Source: Dimorphilus gyrociliatus | Taxonomy: Eukaryota > Animalia > Annelida | NCBI GenBank assembly: GCA_904063045.1 | Contig: CAJFCJ010000017.1 | Location: 930,001-994,000, forward strand | DNA: 64,000 bases | Direction of reading: 5' to 3' | In this document: in pieces, positions 49,579 to 62,106 of the stretch | Position numbering within the stretch: position 1 is the first letter of the stretch | Layout of the letters: every line of letters begins with the position of its first letter | Position numbers and translations under genes: made by a program | The notes under the pieces: model-generated | Seen by the model: only the letters and a program-made list of their open reading frames with translations | The model's database searches: none | Told to the model about the DNA's origin: nothing

Positions 49579-52500
49579 TTAAAATTTTTCAAAATTTGTC
49601 CACATATCGGGCACTTCTACAAAATATCTATCCATGGCACTGTTAAATCTACCCTTATATACGTCCGGTGGCATTATTGTTGGCGTTTTACCTGTTTTAA
49701 TGGTATTTTGTTATGAAGGATGAAAACTACTCATTTTGATATACAGTATAGATATATTAACCTTTCCCTTCCAAATGGCTATACGTGACTTTAACGACAC
49801 TCTCTAAAGCTTTATCCCATGTATAAACTCGAATATAGTCTAATATGAAAAGAAAAGCAGATGTTAGTAATGTTATATATTTAAAGCCATACATTGAACT
49901 TTAACCTATTATTCCAACAACTAGCTTTTTCTCTTTTTCGTCAACTCCAACAATTAAAGAATAATCCATTATAGATTGAGAACATAAAAATTTAGTGTCC
50001 CTTCGAATTGCCCTCATAAGTATACTTTTGCTATGGCTTCTGACGTACAGTGGATTTTCATTCATTTCTGTTAAATTTTTCATGATTGGTCTTCTAAATT
50101 GATAAAATATATAAAACACATACGCTTCAACAAATTTTCATCCAACAGAACAGTATCCATGCTCTGTTTGCCTTCAGTATCAACAAGACGATTTCTCAGA
50201 GATCCTTTAAGATCATAAATAGATTGAACGTCTTGCCTAAAAAATTTATTGAACAGTTTATGGCAAAAACAGAATAGTATATATTGTAAAAGTATTACTT
50301 GTAAAATAGATTCTCTATAACTAAGTATTCATATTTTTTATTACCAATTGTTACACAATAAACTCCAAAAATTTTTGCGAAAGCAGTAGGAGTCTATTGG
50401 TTGGATATGATTAAATGCATTATCATGTAAGAATATATAAGGCTATATAGTATTCACCTTATTGAAAATTGAATCAGTTATATACTGAATGTACGCCGTA
50501 GTAAATTGAAGAAAGGATGTTACTTCATTTGAAATTGATTTAATAATGAAACGTTCATCTAAAATAAAGAGTCCTTTATAAAACAAAGCGTTACACAGTA
50601 AAACAAGTTTACCTCTAGTTTTATAGAAATCCACTCCGGATTTTCCACCTTGAGGTTTAAATTTAACGCACTGCGAAAGTGATTGCAGATATCTATTGCA
50701 AAAGAAAGTAAAAATATATCAATTACGATATAAAATTAATTAACAAAATATGTACCTGCTCTCTCCAGATGGAAAGATTAACGAACGCAAATTATAGAAT
50801 TGATAAGCAAAATATATTTTACATCTACCGTCAGGAAATTCTGTGAATTTTCATAAAATAAACTATTAAATATATGTGTAACATTTCTCTATATTATAAC
50901 TTACGTAATTCAATATGAGGATTTGCAAGTTTCTTCTTTGCACTTTTATCATTTTCAACACTTGTTTGGGAGTGAAGTTTTAGCAGTTCTATTTTCAGAA
51001 ATAGTAATTAATAATCTCTAAATTCGTCAGTTTTATCAAATCTTAAAACACATACCATCTTCAAAACTATCAGTCTGTATATTAGGATTATAACGAACAG
51101 AAGCTTCTGTATCTTTGTGAGTTGATACTTCCACAGATTTTTTATTATCGGCTGAATTTAATTTGCTAGATTGGCTTTCATAAGAATTTGTTAATTCTTC
51201 AGTCATCGATTCTTTCGTTTTTAAGCTAGTTAGAAAATATATGAATTTATTATATAGCTATAACAGAAAAAAGTTCTTAACATACTTCGTTTGATTACGT
51301 TGTGGTTTATTTGAATCATTTTCACTTAATTCTTTCAAGTTAATTTCGTATTCTTTAGAACTGAAAAAAAGATAGTTAAATAGGGAGTTCAGGTTATAGC
51401 AATTTTTTAAAATATGCTCACCTCAGAGCATAAGCTACCAATGATACTGGATATTCATCACTAACTCCTGAGAATTGTCTTTTAGCTGACGTTAAAGTCT
51501 CTTCTAAGCTTTAAAATGGATTTAAATTCATGTATTTGTTAGAAGAAGAAATATACATATAAAATAAATTTACTTTGTTTCGCTTGTTATAGATGATACT
51601 TTTATTAATGGAGTTTTATCTAAGATTTTCGTTAAATTTATCAATTAGCATGCTATTTTAATTGACTATCTACCGTAACTTCCTTCCTCGCAACTTCCTT
51701 TTGGAGAATCATCTAAATAAGTAAAACAAAAAATTTATAGAACAGTAAACTTATTTAATATGAATATACCTGAATTTCGTTGAATTTGCCTTAGCCTAGA
51801 AACATATCAAATTGATTGAAAATAATGCACATAAAATGCAATCTTAACTTACCATTTATTCCATTTACAAGGTAGATTTTGCACAATATTCTTCAAAGCT
51901 AATATTTGAATATGAATAGATCTCAATATATTATCGTGCTGATCTATTTTGTTATTTTGATTTAATATCTCGTCAAGTTCATTAACTTTTGTATTGATTT
52001 CTCTTAATTCCTAGATAAAAGTTTTAAGTAAGAGGACTATCCATTGATATATTTTTAAACAACCTCATGTAAATTTGACATATTATTAGCCGATCCAGGT
52101 GAAGTTGACTCCTTGAATTGATTACTTACTGAAGTAGTTCTAAAACAGAATTACAGACTAGCTTATAAGCAATGATTTTTTTGAATAACTAACAATGCTT
52201 TTAGGTTATTTAATTCATTTCGAAGATAAGAAAGAAAAGGTAAAGTTGAAACAACTATTGGTGGAAGATAAATTTCTTTTTGCTCTAATTTATCAAATCT
52301 AATAAAAAATATGACAGCTTAATAGTATATAAATACTATGTAATATGTGTATCTTACCTAAACTGAACCATTTTATTTTCTTTATAGAATAAATGATCTT
52401 TTTTAATATGATCACATTTATCCCATTTACTATCGAACCAAGAAACATATTTGGAAGACATTCGTAATTGTAAATACTTTCCGAATGAGTAGTGCCAATC

Positions 52501-55500
52501 AAAGAAAGATACTGGTGATAAATCGGATTTCTATCAAGTTTAAATATAGTGATCTTTAGTTAATTTTTCAAAAAGGATATAAATTTTCTTACGATTCCAC
52601 ACTCTGTACATTTGCTTTGACTTGAAATACAGCCAGCAGGTACGGAGTCGTTGCTGGAATTCATCGTCTGAATTGTAACTTGAAGACTACTATTGTGATA
52701 TAAATATCTTCTGACATGCTTCAAGCTGGATTTGTCACAACCCTCTGTTGAGCACCTCGACTGTGTATTGAACCAATATTTTTCAAGGTATTTTCCTAAA
52801 GATATATCTCCTTGACTATAAAATTTTATGGTATCTACAAAAGGTCCTTTGCAAGTTTTAGAAGTTTCATTTTCCACAATAGATACAGTTAAAGACACAA
52901 CCAATCTCTGATGATGTTTCACATCCAGGCAATCTAAAATTTTTGTAACTTCTTCTGCTTGGGAATCGTTACATTCGCTGCAGTTGTCAAATGAAATTGG
53001 CTTAAGATAAGCCCCTCTAGCTCGGAAATCCGCAATCATTGACTAAACAATTATTAAACAGTTAATAGCTTTCGATGAATGATAAAATGTAAATATTACC
53101 TCAACTTTCCTATCTGTTAGGGAAGTAGTCATTGACAAAGAAATGAAGGGATGATAATCATTGATGTGATGAATAGATTCTTTTTGTTGTGTAGGTTCAG
53201 AAGAAATACTTCTCAAGCCTTTACTTTTTCTTCTCTCACTTTCATTTCCTTCAAGTAGTTTCGAATGATAGGCAACATCAGTAAAATATTGCCTTAAAAT
53301 AGAATTTTTTCCAGCTTTTGTCTCTAAATATGGAACATATATAAGTGTATAAGGTGAAACTGAAAGAACTACGTCTGAAAGCGCTCTTTTAAAAGCATTC
53401 TCTTTGCTTTCAAGCAATTGAAGTTTATCATAAGCATTAAAAATATCTTCATTTTGCGATTCCTGATAGTTCGATAAAGGATCGGAGCCATCTTTTATTT
53501 CTATTGCCTCCTGTTGTCTTATGGGAGATTTGGATCTTTTAATCGGGCTAGATGTATCTGAAGTCTTTAGACGACTGCAGTCATTAGTTTTATCGTTTTC
53601 AAGATTTTTATAAGAAATCTTTTGAAGAAAAGCTGATGAATTTTCAGGCTGTTTAAAAGTATTAGATAAAATACCATTAGCCAGAACATAACATTCAAGT
53701 TTCGAATTTTGAATAGCATAGATTACAAAGTTGAGTACTTGTTTAACCTAAAAAAATAAAAGGGAGAATGATAGACTTAAGGTCTGCTAAAACTTCGAAA
53801 ACAAAATACTTGATTTAATTCTTGTAAGCTATCGCCTCGCAGAACAACGCTTACATAGCAGTTCTCTTCCTTTTCGCTTTCTAATATAGCGAGATTTTTT
53901 ACTTTTCCATCTGTTGTTGAGAATGACTTAATTGTGAAATTTGAGCATAAACCAACTTGATCGGAATTAATAAGACCATCCACTGTTGTAATAATAGGTA
54001 TGTGAAACATTTGAGAGAGGCGATCCATAACAGATTTTTTAACATTAGTAATTACAGTTATATTGTCCTTTAAAAGGTATTGCAATGCTATACTAGCAAC
54101 GGTATTTTCAACAAATACAACATCGGGTTTAAGAGAAGCAATTCGAGCGGCACAATTTTTTAAAAAGTCATTTTCTTGCAAAAGTTGAGGTTCTAAGGAT
54201 GAGTATTTGTTTTCAACCCTCTGATACTCTATAGAAGTTCTCAAGAGCAACAAGCGGGCATTTTTTATACTTGATTTCATCATTTTATGACGAACATTTT
54301 TAGAAAAACATAAACCCCTTATTACATGTGACTTTTCAAAATCACCAGCTGTTACTTTTTTAATTTTAATGTATGTTCTAATATCCATCACTGTAGTGCA
54401 AGCTAAAACGCTATCAACTACAATTTTCGCTAGTCCTATTACAGTTGGAGACCATTTTTGATTGAGTCCATGAGAGTTCAATAAATGCTTTGTCAATATT
54501 TCTATATGAGTTTTATATTCCTACAAGTTAGAAAACGATTGAATTAGAAATCATATTTAAGAATTGGGTAATGTTAACTTTTTGTAGTTGAAATATCCTT
54601 GAATCGACATCATCCTTGTCCGATTTGCCGTTGTCGAGGAAGTCTGAAATTTGTGTACAAATTTTTATGCAAAGATAGTTCTTAAGATAAAGTCAAAATA
54701 AAATACACTAAATAGCATAAGTCTTTTTTAAATAGCATAGAATAAAGTTCAAATGATTGATCTGAATGTTCAAAGAAAATATCTGAAAAAATAACGTATG
54801 TACCTGTCACAGGTAATATCATATCATATTCATTACTTTCGTCCAATGTTATAGCAGAGCAGTCAGTTATTAATGAATCTATGATCGGAAGTCAAAAATG
54901 GAAATTTAGTCTAATAATGAAGCCTTTAATTACTAATCAAATTTTGCATTTAATGCTAATCTTTATTTTAACAATTCTTCTTCAAGTACCTTTTCTTTCG
55001 CAACACGGTCCACTATCCTCTCTGCTGTTGAGAATTATCGAATTAGCTTGATACTTAACTAATTAAGGATTTTATTACTCAATTTTTGCGTCACAATCGT
55101 CTAAATCTCGGTCATCAAACGTAGATGAACTTTCACTAGAAATGCAGTTATCTGGCCTTTCTTTTAAATCAATCTGATTTTCAATGGAAATGTTTTAAGT
55201 TATTGTTTGAGAGCGTTGTTTAAATCACCTCAGCACTGAATTTTGGATGAGTTTGTAAAATATGATTAGTCTTCTTATAGCAATGTGTGCATGCGCGAAC
55301 AAAATCATTTCGTCCTATTATAAACCCAGCAATTTGCTCATTGCAGCATCTACTGCAGAAAACCTGAAGAAGTGCGTCAAGATAAGATATAAGATAATGA
55401 AAACAATACCATAACGAATGCTACAGTAGTAATAGATAGTAACTTGGCCACAAATTCTGCAGTGATGTCGCCTCCTGAAAGTGGAAAATTTATCCCCACA

Positions 55501-55832
55501 TTCATAGCACTCCTTGCAACTGTTATCAGGCATCCAGTACTTTTTTAATTGATTATCCTTCCCTGAAGATTTGCTGCGGTGTTGCAAGGTTTTTAACCGA
55601 TCTATGAAAGCTGATTTTAGCGCCGATGCCATATCAGGCGACTTGTCCTCATCATTTTCAGTCTTTACAGGATCGGTAGTTTCTATATTTTGTGAACAAT
55701 TTGACGTTTTACTGACTGAATAGTGGAAGTTTTACCTGCTGTCGGTACCGAAGATTGTCTAAATAACTTTCTAATAAATTTTTTACTGGATCGCTCATCG
55801 TCTTCAATTGGGGGGAATTGATATAAATTCAT
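49579..55832 (-). CDS. PIKFYVE: PIKfyve/Fab1 phosphatidylinositol-3-phosphate 5-kinase, many exons
   Basis: FYVE YWMPDNSCKECYECGDKFSTFRRRHHCRICGQ; CCT-like MDIRTYIKIKK; kinase IMDYSLIVG..GIIDYIRVYTWDK..PTIMPPDVYKGRF. Internal exon boundaries only partly traced. Confidence 0.93.
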
Positions 55833-56148
55833 GTTTAGAAAATATCTAAATGTTTCGTCACATGACTATCGGAAATCACCTTAGAATTTCCTCAGAATCT
55901 TTTGCTTGGTACCAGTTTATTCTAAATTGAGTGTGATCTACTTTACGAGCCTTGTGAGCGTTATTTAAGAGTAACTCAGTAGCAGTAAATGACTTTACAT
56001 TTAGTGTAATCAAAGTTTTAACATTATAAGAAGCGGCTAGAATCGTAATTTTAACATAGTTGGGGTGTTTTGACTATAATATACGAGCATTCGGTTTCTT
56101 TCACCAAAATTGTATTGGAAACAATTCATTAACATCAAAGAAAGTAAT

Positions 56149-56915
56149 TTATTGGGTTTCCATGATACTTTCTTCAGTATGCTTTCCCTTCTCCAAAGCC
56201 GCCTTGCGAGACTTCTTTCTATCTAAAATCTTTTTACGGTCCTTGTCCAATTTCAACTTAACAATTACGACCTGGAGACACAAAAAGTTCATATAAGTAT
56301 TCTAGTGTTAAGATTAAAGCGGTTTGATCTTACTTTGCTTGGGTGGATGCCAACGTTGACGGTAGCTCCGTTAGCTTTTTCACGTTGGATTCTTTCAATG
56401 TGAAGGACGAACTTTTTACGGTAGCACTGAACTACTTTGCCAATCTGTTGTCCCTTGTAATGACCGCGGACGACCTGAAAGAGGGAACTGTGTTTAGAAT
56501 TTGAAAATATAACTATGAAATTAAGAAGTCTTAATGGATATTCAGTAAAACCAATAATCATAAGATTCATACTGGGGCGGTAATATCTCATCATTTATAA
56601 AACACAATAGGAGAGAGGGTGCGTTAGAGTTTACATCCCTTACACTTCTACTGTTACATGAAGATTCAAGGCGATAATACGAAAATTTTCGGTCATTATC
56701 AGTTCCTTGCATGGTCTTCAAGATAGCGTGACTTTCAGTAAATTTACCTGTACTTCATCCTCCTTGCGAACTGGCATACTTCTAACACCGTATTTAGTGC
56801 GAAGATCTTTTGAGAGAGGAGCACTCATTATTTTTCTTCTGATGTGAGAGGGCGCATTAAAGTGGCGTTTCCTGTTCTTCCTCCTGGAGGAAGACACCTG
56901 CTTGTTGAATTTCAT
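56149..56915 (-). CDS. RPL26: 60S ribosomal protein L26
   Basis: [33 protein letters not shown]|[14 protein letters not shown]|[13 protein letters not shown]. Confidence 0.98.
56540..56598 (-). ncRNA. SNORD31: Intronic box C/D snoRNA U31/SNORD31-type (snR67-like) in RPL26 intron 56475-56747
   Basis: C box ATGATGA (56594-56588), guide TACCGCCCCAGT, D' ATGA, C' ATGATTA, D CTGA (56545-56542). The guide is a 12-nt perfect complement of LSU P-loop ACUGGGGCGGUA; D box 67 nt from the 3' splice site. Confidence 0.9.
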
Positions 56916-57293
56916 CGTGAGGATGAATCTGAAATAATAATACGATATAAGTAAAGGTTTCAGTGCGGTTGCTTTTAACACATATCTCCATTGTAGTACA
57001 CATTTAATTATTACATTAATAAAAAGATAAAGTATATTATAATCTTAATATAGTGAAAATGTAGGATTCAAGAGAAAACTTGAAGTCAGGTTTGCGATTC
57101 TCGTTTCATATCACGAATATTTATCAATCTACGATTTTACATAAAATATCTCTTTTGAATTCAATAAAACTGCTGATATTTACTAAAGGGTTTATGATCT
57201 TTAGATTTCCTCTGAAACAGGGTACTGATAGTGACTTTTAAGCGAGATATTTTCCGATTTTAGATCAACTCACCCTATCAAACACGGCTTGCT

Positions 57294-57304
57294 GCAAAAG
57301 GAAG
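57294..57304 (-). promoter_or_regulatory. 5'TOP/TCT start of RPL26 with upstream ETS site
   Basis: CTTCCTTTTGC on the minus strand, CCGGAAG at 57320-57314, non-coding exon ending at donor GTGAGT 57273. Confidence 0.7.
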
Positions 57305-57623
57305 TTGCTACGTCTTCCGGTTTCCGTCATAACTTTTGGAGTAAAAATATTTTAGACCGAAAGAAGTTTTGCAATTATTTATCTTCGCGGAAACATGGCT
57401 TCGCAGTTACTAAAGTTCCATAAACTTGTAAGATCTATTTTTAAATGCATAAATGACATTCCTTATAAAACCACATTCATATCTAAAATAAATTTAACTC
57501 AGTGTTTTTTTCAAAGTCGTACCTCATAATTTGTTAATATTTGTTTTCAAAAGACTTCATCTAGAGTATTCCTAATATCGCTCTTTCAACAATTTTTATC
57601 TAAATGTAAAAATATTCAAAAAC

Positions 57624-59644
57624 ATGTTTCAGAAAGCTTTTGTTCAGCCAAATTTCATTAAAAGTCTACAATGTGTAGGATCAAAGGCTTTTTCAAGTCA
57701 ATCAACAGCTAGTAATGAGAGAGAATATGAAATTCTTCAAGGTCCCCTTGATCTATTATCAGAAGAAGAAATTATGTTTAAAGATAGCGGTATATTTATC
57801 CTTTACATTGCTAATATACAGAATTTTTCAACATTTATTTCTTGTAGTTGCAAAGTTTGCACAGGAAAATATTGCGCCGTTCGTTAAAGAAATGGATAAA
57901 ACTGGAATTATACCAGATGCTTTATTGAAGAAAGTTTTTGAGCAAGGGGTAAATTTATTACCAATTTTTAAATAATCATACAAAATTCTACTTACTTGAA
58001 CTATAGCTGATGGGTGTAGAAGTGCCAACTGAATATAACGGCTCAGAGTCTACCTTTTTCAATACCTGTTTGATGATCGAGGAAATTGCTAAAGTTGACA
58101 TGGGTATACAAATTTGTTGGTTTATTATATTTTTCGTAAAAATTTAAACAAGATTTTTCCTCTCATAAAGGAATTTCAGTCATTATTGATATTCAGAACA
58201 CGTTAATTAATAACATGCTAAAGCTATTAGGAACAGCAGAACAAAAAGAAAAATACTTGAAACGTTTTCCTGTTGACATGGTCTGATACATAATTTTGTC
58301 CTGCTTTAATAAAGTAAACTATGAAATTTTTGTAGGCAGGATCATTTTGTTTATCTGAGGCCGAGTCAGGATCTGACGCTTTCGCTTTAAAAACGCGAGC
58401 TGATCAAGAAGGAGAATATTTCATTCTAAATGGAAGTAAATTATGGATTTCTAATGCCAATGTCGCAGGAGTCTTTTTAGTTATGGCCAACGCAAATCCA
58501 AGCAAGGTAAAACTTGTCTCTCTTTAGTCGAATATTTATAAATCTAAAGTTTTTTTCTTAAAGGGATATAGAGGCATTACGTGTTTTATAGTTGACAGAG
58601 ATACACCGGGTCTCACTGTTGGTAGACCAGAAGACAAATTGGGTATCAGATGCTCATCTACCTGTCCAGTTATATTTGATAATGTTAAAGTAGGCTTGTA
58701 CAAATTACATAAATAAGCAAATAACAGCAAATTTATCATATTAGTGAAAGCGACATCTTGCGTATTACGAATTCAACAATATTGTTTACAATCATATATA
58801 TATACATATATATGTATATATACATGTTTGTGTTTTATATAATTTGACTATATACTTTCAATTAAATTAAGCTCAATTGAAATATTTAATAATTGAAAAT
58901 TTTCTACGCTTAGGTTCACAAAAGTCAAATTCTTGGTAAATTGGGTGAAGGATACAAATACGCCATTGGCTTCTTAAATGAAGGTAGAATTGGTATTTCC
59001 TCACAGGTAATTAGTTAAAAAATAAGATAAAATATAGAAGATAAGAAAACGCAATTGTAATATTCTCTTAAAACCTAAGTTGGTTGGAGCTGCTCAAGGG
59101 TGTCTTGATCATACTCTACCCTACGTTCATGAAAGAAAACAGTTTGGTAAGAAGTTATGGGATTTTCAAGGCATGCAACATCAAATTGCTGAAATGGTAA
59201 CGCATGTTGAAGCAGCTCGTTTATTAACTTACAATGCAGCTAGAAGAAAAGAAGCTGGTTTACCTGCAACTAAACAAGCGTCTATGGCCAAATATTACGC
59301 AGCCGAAGTAAGTCTAGTTTTTTATTTATTTGATAACATAATAATTAAACTTATTGTATACAATGTATTAATAATTTTTTCAGACCGCATGCAAAGTAAC
59401 ATCAAAGTGTATTGATTGGTTAGGTGGGATTGGTATCACAAAAGATTTCCCAGTCGAAAAATATTATAGGGATGTAAAAGTTGGTAAGTAGAATATATTA
59501 CTCAATATTTAAACTATTCTCTTATACATTTTATTTAATCAAATTTTTTTCTACTGATTAGGTACAATATACGAAGGAACAAGTAACATTCAACTGAACA
59601 CGATAGCAAAATACCTTGAGATAGAAGCAAATGAATCTTACTGA
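57624..59644 (+). CDS. ACADSB: Short/branched-chain acyl-CoA dehydrogenase
   Basis: [68 protein letters not shown]; ten exons traced. Confidence 0.93.
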
Positions 59645-59805
59645 AGTAATTGACTTGTATCTGAACTCTTTTCTCCTTTTTTTTAGAAAGTGCATCTGTT
59701 CAACAAGTTAAGTTATTTTTTTTTCAATACAAATACACTGGAAAAAGAATAAAATCTTAGCTGTCTTAGTAAACCAACTTATCAGTGAATAAGCTGTCTA
59801 CAATC

Positions 59806-59878
59806 TCACTGTGATGATGTACACAGCCAGTTATCGCTTGAAAGTTTGACATTTATATTATCGATTTTGCTGATTGGA
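59806..59878 (+). ncRNA. Candidate box C/D snoRNA-like element downstream of ACADSB
   Basis: GTGATGA 59811-59817, CTGA 59870-59873; AGCCAGTTATC 59825-59835 is complementary to 28S GAUAACUGGCU, followed by D'-like TTGA. Confidence 0.35.
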
Positions 59879-60979
59879 TTCAATACAAACATCACAACAA
59901 AGACCTAACAAGGAAAAACCATAGTTGCAGTAAGGCTGCAGTCTATTTGATTTTTACAGGTCAACAACAACATTCAAGGTTCTTACATAAGAAGTTTGGA
60001 AAGGTGACTCAGATATCCACGTGCTAGCTTTCAACTATAGGCCTATATACGGCACTGACACGTGTAGTGGGTCGGCTAGTAAATAGCAGAGTTCAACACG
60101 ATATATGTGTAATATACGCATCTATCTAGTTATTATTATGAAGCAACATAGCACATACTAAATAACCTACATTTTACTAATATTACTGTTGCTTGTATTA
60201 TTAATTAAAGGTGTTTTGAATTTGGATAAATTTTGAATAGTAAAAGAATATTTCCACCTTGGGTACTTTCTATTGTTAAAAAATATTCAATCGACTAACT
60301 TGTCAGATAATTATATAAGAAATTGGTAAAGATGAGTAACGTAAAAAATAATTATTCTAATCAAGGGTTGTCTACAAGAATCAATTATTATTAATGATTT
60401 ACAGAAAGTGACTAGAATATGAAGTATTTTTAGGCCGGATGTTTAATTTTAATTTGAGTTCGAATCTCTGATGAAATCCAATTAAATAGCCATTAATACG
60501 CATTTAGCTTTGTACAACTCTATTTATCTGTTATACATAAAATTTTAAAATGATAAGACAAATATGATTGTCAAGTGGCTCATCTCGGAGATAGTGAAAG
60601 CTAAATCCACGGGTTGTTTCAAAGACCAGGAAGTTAACAACCACCTTAATTGATGTCTAATTAATGACATAACTTATTTGCTTACGTAAACTACCCTTCC
60701 TATTTCATCATACGCTGGGTTATGTAATGAGATGAACTTTCTCTATTTACGAAACGAGGTGAGCATACTCGACATTTACGAATCTGTTAAGTTTTTGCTG
60801 TTAAGAAGGCCTTAACAAACCGATCGTTGACCTATTGTCACTTTATTGTGACTATACGTCCCATAAAGTATATTTAATATATTCAATTTTAAAACATTTT
60901 AAAATAGTTTTAGGTTTTTAAACTATCAGAAGGGGGTCGTCCTATGACCCATTTTTAGACCCTAAAAATTTCCACCTCA

Positions 60980-61080
60980 TGACTCAAGGAGCAACTTTCT
61001 CAAGCTCTGATTGGCTATTTTAATTTACAGGTGCTTTGCACGTGATTGTTGCCAAGGAACCTCCATGATTTTGGCGGGAG
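60980..61080. promoter_or_regulatory. Dense cis-regulatory motif cluster
   Basis: TGACTCA 60980, ATTGG 61010, CACGTG 61039, X-box-like GTTGCCAAGGAAC 61048, E2F-like TTTTGGCGGGAG 61069. Confidence 0.45.
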
Positions 61081-61600
61081 AAAGGCATAACTTACTCATT
61101 CTGTTTTTCGTTATCGTAAACACTACATTACAACAAGAATCTTCCTTTTATAGATACGTATGAAATCATCGAAAATATTATTGGTATGTAGTATTAACAA
61201 TTACAATGTATTACTCATCTCTTGCTATAAAATTGTTAGGTTTCTAACTTATTTATATAAATATTATTAATGAAAGTAGTATTAATCTTATCAAAAAGAG
61301 TTGTAGGGTAAGTAAATCTGTGAATTAATATATCTGAAATGCGAAAATATGAAAAATTCATATATTGTATTCGAAATGAACTACATTTGGAACATAATAG
61401 TAAAAGTTATATAGACATTAGATGAAAATCTACATTGAAAATGTTACTAATACAATAGAATATTGCGCTAAACATTACCATCAATATATATATATATATT
61501 TATATACTTGTCATTATACATCGGATAGTTTTAACAAAACAATTGAATTGATTTTCTGTTTAATTGTAAATTATTTATTAAAAATTTGATTATATATAAT

Positions 61601-61602
<2 letters not shown>

Positions 61603-61634
<32 letters not shown>
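61603..61634. repeat. (AT)16 microsatellite
   Basis: Direct reading. Confidence 0.95.
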
Positions 61635-61637
<3 letters not shown>

Positions 61638-62090
61638 TATAAATACAATATCAGCATTTACTTGTTATGAAGGTCTAAGCAATACAAAAATCTCCCTCTT
61701 TTTAAAAATAGGCCTTAAAAGAGTATCATATGTAGGAATGACATGGAAAGGTCTCTTTAATATTTTATTCAAGAAAAATAACTCTAAAAATATTACTAAA
61801 ATCTTGTTATCATTTTCTTTTGTTCATCATTTATCTAAAATGTGTAGAGTGGACGTAAATCGATTACACTGCCAAGAAAAAGTTCATGAACTTTCACTGA
61901 CACAACAAGGAACTCTATATTTAGTTACTCTCACTTTTTCTCTTTTCGTTAAATAAAACGCTAAGAAACAGATAGCGCATTTTCTGTGTGATACAATAAC
62001 TTATTACCAGTTTTTCTTCATAAGTGAAAGAAAACGGAATTTATATTTATTATTTGCTTTACCATCCAAACACAATAAGATTGTTTACAT

Positions 62091-62106
62091 CACGTGACTA
62101 TATAAA
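62091..62106 (+). promoter_or_regulatory. E-box plus TATA core promoter of the last gene
   Basis: CACGTGAC immediately followed by TATATAAA and a GC-rich tract; candidate first-exon donor AG|GTGAAG at 62213. Confidence 0.55.

Noticed and set aside
55706-55735. Apparent 20-nt intron near the PIKfyve start
   Set aside because: A downstream acceptor (..AAATATAG) gives a normal 53-nt intron in the correct phase.
56289-56594. ORF beginning MMRYYRPS in RPL26
   Set aside because: The ATGATG is the C box of the intronic snoRNA; the ORF is intron read-through into exon 3.
57057-57090. Hairpin TTCAAG/CTTGAA followed by ACA in RPL26 intron 1 as an H/ACA RNA
   Set aside because: Fails the 14-16 nt pocket-to-ACA spacing; no H box or rRNA target found.
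60051-60080. Small hairpin followed by CTAGT, like a Helitron 3' end
   Set aside because: Only a 4-bp stem; no 5' end, second copy or coding remnant in the window.
60907-60967. Short inverted repeats (TTTTAGG/CCTAAAA, GGGTCGT/ATGACCC) as a MITE
   Set aside because: Too short, no target-site duplication and single copy.
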